A stretch of DNA of 32,000 nucleotides from Ruminococcus albus 7 = DSM 20455 (GTDB lineage Bacteria > Bacillota > Clostridia > Oscillospirales > Ruminococcaceae), in NCBI RefSeq assembly GCF_000179635.2, contig NC_014833.1, positions 720,001 to 752,000 on the forward strand, in the 5' to 3' direction. The notes beneath the pieces were generated by a model. The model searched no databases. It was not told the DNA's origin and was given only the letters and a program-made list of their open reading frames with translations. Shown here piece by piece: positions 7,992 through 15,564 of this stretch (position 1 is the first letter of the stretch; every line of letters starts with the position of its first letter). The position numbers were made by a program, and so were the translations under genes.

Positions 7992-9518
7992 TTGGATTTT
8001 GATGAGTTGATGGCGGTCGGAAAAAATGCCTTTGTTACGGCAGATTTCAAAACGGCTGCTGAATATGGCGTTGAGGGACATAAGCTCAGACCTAAAGATC
8101 CCGAACCGCTTGAATTGGCAGCTAAAGCCTATCAGGCTATGGAAAACAGCAAAGAAGCTATATTCTACTTTCAGAAGGCTGCACAATGTGATATCGACAA
8201 CGGCGACAGATATGTGGAGCTTGGTGTAGCTTACGGCAGTAACGGAGATACCATGAAGGCACTGGAGGCTTTTGCGGAAGCTGAAAGGCATGAGATATCT
8301 GAGGATCACCTGAGCGGTATGTACAGGACACTTGCTATGGTGGATCAGGAGCTGGGAAGGTATGAGGATGCTATTGTAAATTTCACTAAGGCTCAGGAAT
8401 CCGGCACGATAGATATTGAACTGCTTATGTACAAGACTGTAGCTTGCTCGATGGCAGGAAAATACGGTGAGGCGCTCAGAACAGCCAACATGATCAAGCA
8501 GCTTGCTCCGACTTCGTATGACGGTTACGAACTGGCTTACACGATACTGGTCAATTTTGAACAATACGAGGAAGCCAACAAAGAACTGCTCAGAGCGAAG
8601 AAGTACGTCAAGGAACTCCCGATGGAATACTATTTCAGTGTTTCGGACTACGAGATGGAGATGTACAAGAACGACAAGGAAAATGATCATCTTGTGGCTG
8701 CACTGTGTATGCTGGATATGGGTCTTAAAGAAACAAAGCCTGATGTCGGAGAAGTTGTGAATGCTTATATAAAAAGCGCTGATATCTGTTTACAGGCAGG
8801 AAAATATGAGGAGGCACTGCAGATGCTGCAGGCTGCCGATCAGCCTGTGCAGTCTTTCAACGGCGGATTCTCGGTACTGCCTTGGGTAGAACCTCCCGAA
8901 TTTGATTCACCGCTGAGTGATGCTTATTTTGCGGCGAATTCGGCTAAGTATGACGGCATGAGTTCTGAGGAACTGAACAGGGAAGCCGAGGCTATGGCGG
9001 CAAAGGCGATGCAGGAGAGTGAAGAACCTGTAGATCCCGATATGCTGACACCTATACCCGAGGACAAGCCTGAGGAGTACAAACTCCCCAATGAGCCGAG
9101 AGAGCTCAGTGAAGAAGTAAAGGACAGGATGAATCTGCTTTATGTTACCGCGTACACAGCTCTCAATAAATATGACAGAGTACTTGAATACGCTATAAAA
9201 CTTCAGAGCAGCAAGGAAGCGACTCTGGTGAATACAGCGAGATACCTGGAAACAAAGGCACGTATCGACATGGGAGTGTCAGAACCCGAGAGGCTGTATG
9301 ATGAGCTCATAAGGTATTACAACAGGCAGATAATCAAGGATCCTTCTGATATATCCGTACTTGGATACAAGGTTCAGTGCTATATAGATCAGGAAAAGTA
9401 TGATGAGGCTATAAGCTACTGCAGAACGCTTTCCAATAACGTAAAAGAGCCGCTTATGAAACAGATAAGGGATGCTCAGAAGAAGTCTGAGGAGGGAGCA
9501 GAGGATGGCACGACTTAA
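7992..9518 (+). CDS. Cytoplasmic TPR-repeat protein
   Basis: TTG start 7992 (GGAAGGTG upstream), or ATG 8010. Repeated 34-aa helical-hairpin patterns are present (LELAAKAYQAMENSKEAIFYFQKAAQCDIDNGDRYVELGVAYGSNGDTMKALEAFAEA; again near the C-terminus EKYDEAISYCRTL). There is an acidic Pro-rich insert in the middle. No TM helix. Confidence 0.75.
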   Translation: MDFDELMAVGKNAFVTADFKTAAEYGVEGHKLRPKDPEPLELAAKAYQAMENSKEAIFYFQKAAQCDIDNGDRYVELGVAYGSNGDTMKALEAFAEAERHEISEDHLSGMYRTLAMVDQELGRYEDAIVNFTKAQESGTIDIELLMYKTVACSMAGKYGEALRTANMIKQLAPTSYDGYELAYTILVNFEQYEEANKELLRAKKYVKELPMEYYFSVSDYEMEMYKNDKENDHLVAALCMLDMGLKETKPDVGEVVNAYIKSADICLQAGKYEEALQMLQAADQPVQSFNGGFSVLPWVEPPEFDSPLSDAYFAANSAKYDGMSSEELNREAEAMAAKAMQESEEPVDPDMLTPIPEDKPEEYKLPNEPRELSEEVKDRMNLLYVTAYTALNKYDRVLEYAIKLQSSKEATLVNTARYLETKARIDMGVSEPERLYDELIRYYNRQIIKDPSDISVLGYKVQCYIDQEKYDEAISYCRTLSNNVKEPLMKQIRDAQKKSEEGAEDGTT

Positions 9519-9825
9519 AAAAGATGTTACGATAAATGATGAGGCTTTTGATAAAGCTGAGGATGAGCTGAATAAACTCATCACTCGTGCAGATCAGTTG
9601 AAAACTGATTTTAAAGATCTTTACGATGGATTTGCTAATGCACTTTTGTGCGAAACTGGCGACGAACTGAAGATCACCGGTGAGGAAGTAGTACTTAAAC
9701 CCATCGAGAATCTGGGCCTTGTTCTCAAGCAAGTACATGATACCCTTGAACTCATAAAGGGTGGCGGTTATTACAAGGATATATTCGATGATTTCGAGAA
9801 TTTGCAGAAAGGCATCACACCATAA
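9505..9825 (+). CDS. Small (106 aa) helical protein of WXG100 / Lap-like size class
   Basis: ATG 9505 with GGAGGGAG upstream, overlapping the TPR gene stop by 14 nt. The sequence MARLKKDVTINDEAFDKAEDELNKL... suggests two helical halves around CETGDEL. There is no true WXG. Confidence 0.5.
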   Translation: MARLKKDVTINDEAFDKAEDELNKLITRADQLKTDFKDLYDGFANALLCETGDELKITGEEVVLKPIENLGLVLKQVHDTLELIKGGGYYKDIFDDFENLQKGITP

Positions 9826-9834
9826 GTGTGGTGA

Positions 9835-9863
9835 TAGACAAGTTATTATTGCAGGAATATAAA
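9835..9863 (+). promoter_or_regulatory. Possible internal promoter for the esx-like pair (TAGACA-17-TATAAA)
   Basis: TAGACA 9835-9840, 17-nt spacer, TATAAA 9858-9863, in the 111-bp gap before ATG 9937. Confidence 0.3.
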
Positions 9864-9936
9864 TACCTGCGATCAAATAAAAAACACAGCCGCTTATGCG
9901 GCAGAACAATGAGAGTTTTCAAGGAGGTATTTGAAA

Positions 9937-10290
9937 ATGGCTGAAACAATTCAGGATGTAGGAACAATGGGTACTCAGGGTACTGTGAACATGTCAACTC
10001 AGATGATGACAGATGCGCTGAAGGCTATCGAAGCATACAAGGGAGCTATCGAAACTGCATTTAATAATCTGAACACACAGTACGCTAACGTTACATCAAA
10101 CTTTACAGGTGATGCTGCTAACGGTCTGCAGGAATTCTATACAAACAAGATAGAGGCTATGCTGAAGCAGGAGGACGGCAGCGTATATCAGCTGCTGAAC
10201 GCTCTGAAGGGCTTCTGTGAAGCTGCACGCGATCAGATCCCCGGCGAGACAGGCGTAGACAATGAGCTTGGTAAAGTCAACAGACAGTGA
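9937..10290 (+). CDS. WXG100-family-like protein with a degenerate motif (F-T-G)
   Basis: 117 aa. Very strong RBS AAGGAGG 9 nt upstream. Helix-turn-helix layout, with NFTGDAANGLQEFY at the position and context of W-x-G-x-A. C-terminal tail GVDNELGKVNRQ. Confidence 0.7.
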   Translation: MAETIQDVGTMGTQGTVNMSTQMMTDALKAIEAYKGAIETAFNNLNTQYANVTSNFTGDAANGLQEFYTNKIEAMLKQEDGSVYQLLNALKGFCEAARDQIPGETGVDNELGKVNRQ

Positions 10291-10314
10291 TATAACGGAA
10301 AGGAGAAATATACT

Positions 10315-10629
10315 ATGGATTGTATGATCAAAAATGCTGAGGTCAAGGACGCAGCTAACACTATCAAGACTACTATAAAGGATGAGTTTGCAACTGCAGG
10401 TTCTGCTCTCGTTACTTCTTTCAATGCAGCTATCGCTGATATGAAGGGTGAGACTAAGGACGCTCTGGAAGAGTTCTTCAATACCAATATCCGTGATCTC
10501 GTAAGCAGCGAGGAGAGCGGTATACCCGCAATGGTAATGGGATTTGGCGATCTGATCGAATCTAACCGTGTACAGTTCGCTTCTGTAGACCATACCATAG
10601 CTGAGAGCATCAAGGGCGGCGCACAGTAA
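10315..10629 (+). CDS. WXG100-like partner protein (M-K-G in place of W-x-G)
   Basis: 104 aa. AAAGGAG RBS. Lies 24 nt after the previous gene. The central turn DMKGETKDALEEFF matches the EsxB-type partner layout. Confidence 0.6.
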   Translation: MDCMIKNAEVKDAANTIKTTIKDEFATAGSALVTSFNAAIADMKGETKDALEEFFNTNIRDLVSSEESGIPAMVMGFGDLIESNRVQFASVDHTIAESIKGGAQ

Positions 10630-10697
10630 TATCCTTTTCGGATCTTTAAAGCATTCTTCCGCAGTATTGCGGGGACAGTGCTGAATTGAGCTGGTAA

Positions 10698-10742
10698 GCA
10701 GCAGGTATGTCCTGTGGACATACTGCTGCATACTGCTTTTCA
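10698..10742 (+). terminator. Hairpin plus short T-tract after the esx-like pair (terminator/attenuator)
   Basis: GCAGCAGGTATGTCC (10698-10712), loop TGTG, GGACATACTGCTGC (10717-10729; one bulged base), then ATACTGCTTTT. Confidence 0.45.
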
Positions 10743-10880
10743 ATTATATATGGCAGTAATTTGTCTGATAGCTTTGAAGTTGTTCTGTTTTGTAAGCGGT
10801 GCTTTGTATTCATTAAAGTTATCAGTTTTTTAGTTTTTTGGATAGTATTTCTGTGTAGGCAAATAAATGAGGTGGAATTA

Positions 10881-12044
10881 ATGGCTTTTCGGGTATTGAG
10901 TGAAGAAGAGATAGAGAGATTGACTCCCGATCAGAGAGATATCTATGAATACAATTTAGATATGTATCTTAAAAGAGTACGCTTTGTAGAGAATCTTGAG
11001 AGGTTGGCTAAAGTCAAGTTTGGCGAGATAAAACTGGATCTCAAGCCTATTCCGAAAACGCTCAAGCCGGCTGAAGTTAACTTCAAGGAGATCGAAAAGA
11101 AGCCTGTTGCTGCACCGAAAGTACCGGTACCGCAGGTGAGATCGGGAGAATATAAAGTGCCCGAAATGAAGAAACCCGAGGGTTACAAGGTGTTTGTGCC
11201 TTCTGTCGGTGCACATAAGTATATTGCACCGGAACCTGTAAAGGTCAAGGGCTTCAAGGTAGTGACTCCGGAAGTAAACAAGGGTGAGTATAAAAAGCCC
11301 GAGATGCCTGTGATCGGGGAGATAAAGAAGGTAGTACCCGAAGTAAGCAAGGTAGAATTCAAAAAGCCTGAGATGCCTGCTATCGGGGAGATAAAGAAGG
11401 TAGTACCCGAAGTAAGCAAGGTAGAGTTCAAAAAGCCTGAGATGCCTGCTATCGGGGAGATAAAGAAGGTAGTACCCGAAGTAAGCAAGGTCGAATTCAA
11501 AAAGCCTGAGATGCCTGCTATCGGGGAGATAAAGAAGGTAGTACCCGAAGTAAGCAAGGTCGAATTCAAAAAGCCTGAGATGCCTGCTATCGGGGAGATA
11601 AAGAAGGTAGTACCCGAAGTAAACAAGGTAGAATTCAAAAAGCCCGAGATGCCTGCTATCGGGGAGATAAAGAAGGTAGTACCCGAAGTAAGCAAGGTAG
11701 AGTTCAAAAAGCCTGAGATGCCTGCTATCAGGGAAGTAAAGACGGTAGTGCCCGAGGTAAGCAAGGTTGAATTCAAAAAGCCTGTTAGGGCGGCTGTGCC
11801 TCATGTTAAGGTGGTCGTACCCGAAATATCTCTCGGTGAGGCAGGCAAGATAGCGAGAATGCCTTCGGTACCAGCAGTAGAACCTGTAGTACCCGAAGTG
11901 GCATCGGTAAACTTTGTTAAGCCCGAGATAGCAAAACCGGTGGGCGTAAAAGTAGTAGTGCCAAAGATAAGCGCCGATATCGAGTCGGAAGCTGCAGAGA
12001 TCCTGAAAAAATTGCGGAGTGAGTTAGCGAATGAAAAACAATGA
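10881..12044 (+). CDS. Pro/Glu/Val/Lys-rich tandem-repeat protein (387 aa), translationally coupled to essC
   Basis: Start moved to ATG 10881 (GAGGTGG upstream). The ORF-track start at 10707 would read through the terminator hairpin. There is an about 60-aa helical N-terminal domain, and the rest is 23-aa KKPEMPAIGEIKKVVPEVSKVEF-type repeats. No signal peptide or TM helix. The stop overlaps the essC ATG by 14 nt. Confidence 0.7.
   Translation: MAFRVLSEEEIERLTPDQRDIYEYNLDMYLKRVRFVENLERLAKVKFGEIKLDLKPIPKTLKPAEVNFKEIEKKPVAAPKVPVPQVRSGEYKVPEMKKPEGYKVFVPSVGAHKYIAPEPVKVKGFKVVTPEVNKGEYKKPEMPVIGEIKKVVPEVSKVEFKKPEMPAIGEIKKVVPEVSKVEFKKPEMPAIGEIKKVVPEVSKVEFKKPEMPAIGEIKKVVPEVSKVEFKKPEMPAIGEIKKVVPEVNKVEFKKPEMPAIGEIKKVVPEVSKVEFKKPEMPAIREVKTVVPEVSKVEFKKPVRAAVPHVKVVVPEISLGEAGKIARMPSVPAVEPVVPEVASVNFVKPEIAKPVGVKVVVPKISADIESEAAEILKKLRSELANEKQ
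11292..11774 (+). repeat. Seven near-identical in-frame 69-bp tandem repeats
   Basis: Unit starts at 11292, 11361, 11430, 11499, 11568, 11637 and 11706. Copies differ by a handful of mostly synonymous changes (GTA/GTC, GAA/GAG, CCT/CCC), one Ser/Asn change, and diverged first and last units. Degenerate copies extend to roughly 11150 and 11960. Confidence 0.95.
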
Positions 12045-15000
12045 GATAATGGTTTCGGCACGATTTTCAAAGAAAGACGGAGATGCTTTTGTAAAGTCGC
12101 GCGAGCTGACATTTCTTGTATTGAAAAGCATAACCCTGCGTGAGCTGACAGAGGGAATATTCTACGGTCTGAGGAAAAAAGCCAAAAGTGGTTTCGACTT
12201 CGGTGATGTTGAGCTTTCAATGACTGAGTGCTATGAGATAATGAAGGAGTATTTGCAGAAATATCCTTTTATCAATATTAAGTACAAGTCCATAGGATTT
12301 ACTGATTGCAAGGATATCAAGCAGGAGCTGATCACGGAAAGCTGTATTGATTTCAACAGGATCATCGCAGATTATGACGGCGAGGAGAATGTTAAGATAT
12401 ACGATCTTACGCTGGAAGAACTTGGTATAGTTACGGCTTCGGTGCTTGATTTCAGGCTTGATGCTGTTAAAGCGGCAGGACCATATATATTTACAGACAG
12501 TGATGATAAGCAAATGACATCGCCGTCTTATGTTGTAAAGGAGAAGAATCTGGAATACAACATAAGTACACGTGATATAAACGTTGTTGAGCCTTCGGTG
12601 ATAGAGATAGCACCTGCGGGAGAATATCCCAAGATAGAGGGCGGCGCGCTGGGCGGTTCGATGCTTACATCTATGATATCCATTATGATGGGTGTCGGTA
12701 TGCGTGTCGGTATGCGCTATATGGGCGGAAACTCTATGGCAACAATGGGTAATTCCATGATAATCATGTCGGTGGGAATGGGTCTTGTATCCGCCACGAC
12801 CATGCTTGTAAACGGCATAAGCCAGCGAAGGAAGTCCATACGCAACGCTGATGACTGGGTGAGCAACTACGAATCTTACGTACTGAAAAAACTCAAGCAG
12901 ATAGAGGATTATCAAAGACAGGATATACAGTACATGAAAACTGTATACCCAAATGTGGACAAGCTATTTGACGGTGTGCGAAATGCTTCGGATGCTATAT
13001 TCTCACGTTCGCACAATGATGATGACTATCTTATGATATCCCTTGGACAGTCAAGGCAGATAGAGCCTATGTTCACTATAAGTGCAGAGAAAAAAGATGA
13101 GGGTCTTTCTGAGCCTATAACTTACAGGCTGGAACAGATCGTAAATCCGACGAACGATACTCACTTTGTTTTCAGGATAGATCAGCCCGATGAAAAGGCA
13201 AGGACGAAACTGCGCAAGACACAGCGAAAGCTGCGCAAAAAGGATAAGAAAAAGGGTACGACGGAGCTTAAAAACATCGTTGATGTCAATAACTCTGACG
13301 AGCTGCTGCTTTCGGAGCTGGCTTATGATCTGGCGCACAATGATCCTGCGGACATAAGCACTACGGATAACAGCGCCAACACAAGAAACAGGGTAGGTTT
13401 CAGATATCTGAGGGATTACAGGAATCCCAAGAATCTGCCTCCACTGCTTTTTGAGATGAAAAACTGCGGTGCACTTGGCGTTATATATGATCCTGTCAGC
13501 GAAGAAACGGTGAAGAACGAAGGCGATCCTGCGCTTAATTTTATACGTCATGTGGTGTTTGAACTTTCGTATTATCATTCGCCTGAGAATCTGCAGTTCG
13601 TATTCTTTTTCAAGCGCACGAACGATATTGACGAGCGTGACCGCACTATCGAGAACTACAAGTACCTTCCGCATACAAACGAGTTGTTTGGAAATTCCCT
13701 TTCGCAGTTCGTATTCGATAAGAAGAGCGCCGGTGATGTGTACAGTGCGCTGTTCGGAATAATGAACGAGAGAAGCGGAAGCATAAAGACTGGTGATGAT
13801 AACGGTGACGGCGGCGATGAAAAATCCGAGGATCCGAATTTCACGCAGATAGTCTGCATAATGTTTGACGACTACGATATCAAGGAAACGGTGTTTTCAA
13901 GATTTCTGCCCGAACCCCCGAAGCAGGGTGAGGATTTCAAGAACAAACTGGGATTGTCTTTTATATTCCTGAAAGACAAGAAGGGTATGCTGCCTAAATA
14001 CTGCAGCAGTCTGATAGAGCTTTGCACAGGTCCGAGAGGTGAGCTGACAAGGCGCTACAACGTACTCTCCCGTGAAACACTGGCACACAACAGTAATGCT
14101 GCAGATACAAGCAGTATGGTGGATAAAAAGAGATTTGAGAGCGATTACCTTTTCAAGGATCATTTTCAGTATCTTGATCATAACAACAATACCTGCAGGG
14201 TCGATGTCAAGAAAGATTTCGGCACTGCTTACAGGCAGCTGAGTTCGCTGTACTACAAGCGTATAGCTGAAAACGGCAAGGTGCCTGATGTGGTATCACT
14301 TTTTGAGATATGGGGGATAGACCAGGAGGCTGTCACGGATGACCCTGCACAGAGCAAGGTGTACACTATGATAAAGGACTACTGGGATTCTCCGCAGAAC
14401 GATATCACCAAGGGGCTCAGTGTGCCAATAGGCAAGAACGAGCATGGCGTCACTTATCTGGATATGCACCAGAACGGTGACGGACCTCACGGGCTTGTTG
14501 CGGGTACTACAGGTTCAGGTAAGTCAGAGACACTGATAACCTATGTTATCGGCTGCTGTATGAAATACAGGCCAGATGAGCTGAACTTCATGCTGGTAGA
14601 TATGAAGGGCGGCGGCTTTTCTGACAGACTTGGCAATCTGCCGCATCTGGTCGGCGCTGTTACCAATACCACAGGTGAGGCTGAGGGTATCGCGCCCGAG
14701 TATATGCTGAAGCGATTCCTGGAAACGCTGAATGCCGAGATAAAGAGGCGCGAAGTAGTTCTGAAAGAACTTGATACGGATAATATAGATTCGTATATGA
14801 GGACTAGAAAGACCGTCCTGAAATACCGCGAGGAGATACAGAACGGTACAAGGACGCTGACCTCGATAAAGAAAGAATTCATAAACAAAGATAACAGGAT
14901 AAAAGCTTGTGATCCCGAAAACCCCGAACCCAAACCGCTTTCACATTTGCTTTTGATAGTGGACGAGTTTACGGAGCTGAAAAGATTTTCAAGCGAGAGC

Positions 15001-15561
15001 AACGATATAGATTTTATCAAGGATATAACCACCATCGCCCGTGTGGGCAGAACTCTGGGATTCCATATCATACTGGTGTCACAGAACATTGAGGGTGCTA
15101 TAACCGAAGATATACGTGTAAACTCCAAGGCGAGGATATGTCTGAAGGTGGCTACTAAGAGTGCATCAAAGGACATGATAGGTACGCCCGATGCGGCTGC
15201 GGCAACTATGCCGGGACATGGCAGAGCGTACATACTGGTAGGTACGGGAAGCAGATACGAGTATTTCCAGTCTGCATACACCGGTGCCAACAGGAACCTG
15301 TCCATCAAGGGAGATGTCAATATGACATTAGTGCCTGAATGCGGCGGATTTGATGACAGTTTCTATAATTCCAAAAAGGACAATATCAGAATGGCAAGAC
15401 AGAACAAGAATGTCAATGAGGATGACAATCAGCTCAACTACATCATCAACACGATAAATGCGCTGAAAGATGATTATGAGCCGTCAATACAACTGTTCCT
15501 CAATCCGCTGAAGGCTGATGTTGATTCGGTGATGGACAAGACAGAATGGGAGGGTATCTGA
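12031..15561 (+). CDS. essC: T7SS FtsK/SpoIIIE-family ATPase, EssC/EccC-like, part a (N-domain, 2 TM, degenerate ATPase-like region, first canonical P-loop domain)
   Basis: Gly/Met-rich TM pair: GGALGGSMLTSMISIMMGVGM...IIMSVGMGLVSATTMLV. Walker A: PHGLVAGTTGSGKSETL. Walker B: HLLLIVDEFTELK. Also ARVGRTLGFHIILVSQ and GHGRAYILVG, typical of FtsK/SpoIIIE translocase domains. RBS GGAGTGAG. Confidence 0.85.
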   Translation: MKNNEIMVSARFSKKDGDAFVKSRELTFLVLKSITLRELTEGIFYGLRKKAKSGFDFGDVELSMTECYEIMKEYLQKYPFINIKYKSIGFTDCKDIKQELITESCIDFNRIIADYDGEENVKIYDLTLEELGIVTASVLDFRLDAVKAAGPYIFTDSDDKQMTSPSYVVKEKNLEYNISTRDINVVEPSVIEIAPAGEYPKIEGGALGGSMLTSMISIMMGVGMRVGMRYMGGNSMATMGNSMIIMSVGMGLVSATTMLVNGISQRRKSIRNADDWVSNYESYVLKKLKQIEDYQRQDIQYMKTVYPNVDKLFDGVRNASDAIFSRSHNDDDYLMISLGQSRQIEPMFTISAEKKDEGLSEPITYRLEQIVNPTNDTHFVFRIDQPDEKARTKLRKTQRKLRKKDKKKGTTELKNIVDVNNSDELLLSELAYDLAHNDPADISTTDNSANTRNRVGFRYLRDYRNPKNLPPLLFEMKNCGALGVIYDPVSEETVKNEGDPALNFIRHVVFELSYYHSPENLQFVFFFKRTNDIDERDRTIENYKYLPHTNELFGNSLSQFVFDKKSAGDVYSALFGIMNERSGSIKTGDDNGDGGDEKSEDPNFTQIVCIMFDDYDIKETVFSRFLPEPPKQGEDFKNKLGLSFIFLKDKKGMLPKYCSSLIELCTGPRGELTRRYNVLSRETLAHNSNAADTSSMVDKKRFESDYLFKDHFQYLDHNNNTCRVDVKKDFGTAYRQLSSLYYKRIAENGKVPDVVSLFEIWGIDQEAVTDDPAQSKVYTMIKDYWDSPQNDITKGLSVPIGKNEHGVTYLDMHQNGDGPHGLVAGTTGSGKSETLITYVIGCCMKYRPDELNFMLVDMKGGGFSDRLGNLPHLVGAVTNTTGEAEGIAPEYMLKRFLETLNAEIKRREVVLKELDTDNIDSYMRTRKTVLKYREEIQNGTRTLTSIKKEFINKDNRIKACDPENPEPKPLSHLLLIVDEFTELKRFSSESNDIDFIKDITTIARVGRTLGFHIILVSQNIEGAITEDIRVNSKARICLKVATKSASKDMIGTPDAAAATMPGHGRAYILVGTGSRYEYFQSAYTGANRNLSIKGDVNMTLVPECGGFDDSFYNSKKDNIRMARQNKNVNEDDNQLNYIINTINALKDDYEPSIQLFLNPLKADVDSVMDKTEWEGI

Positions 15562-15564
15562 CAG

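Noticed and set aside
7920-8690. 256-aa minus-strand ORF
   Set aside because: It lies antisense to the TPR gene, has no RBS, and has no recognisable motifs.
10707-10880. N-terminal extension of the repeat protein (MSCGHTAAYCFSIIYG...)
   Set aside because: It starts inside the terminator hairpin and has no RBS. It translates to Cys/Phe-rich sequence unlike the rest of the protein. ATG 10881 has a GAGGTGG RBS.
11292-11774. CRISPR array or non-coding satellite interpretation of the 69-bp repeats
   Set aside because: The units are directly abutting with no unique spacers. The period is a multiple of three. The repeats stay in frame within a longer ORF, and the differences between the middle copies are mostly synonymous.
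10956-11804. Minus-strand ORFs 10956..11804 and 11183..11776, and 10096..10743 / 10233..10721
   Set aside because: These frames stay open only because the + strand is repetitive or codon-biased. Their periodic translations mirror the 69-bp repeat and have no start context.
12217-15320. Minus-strand ORFs inside essC (12217..12915, 13051..13674, 14541..15320 and smaller)
   Set aside because: They lie antisense to a gene with unambiguous FtsK/SpoIIIE motifs and have no independent signals.
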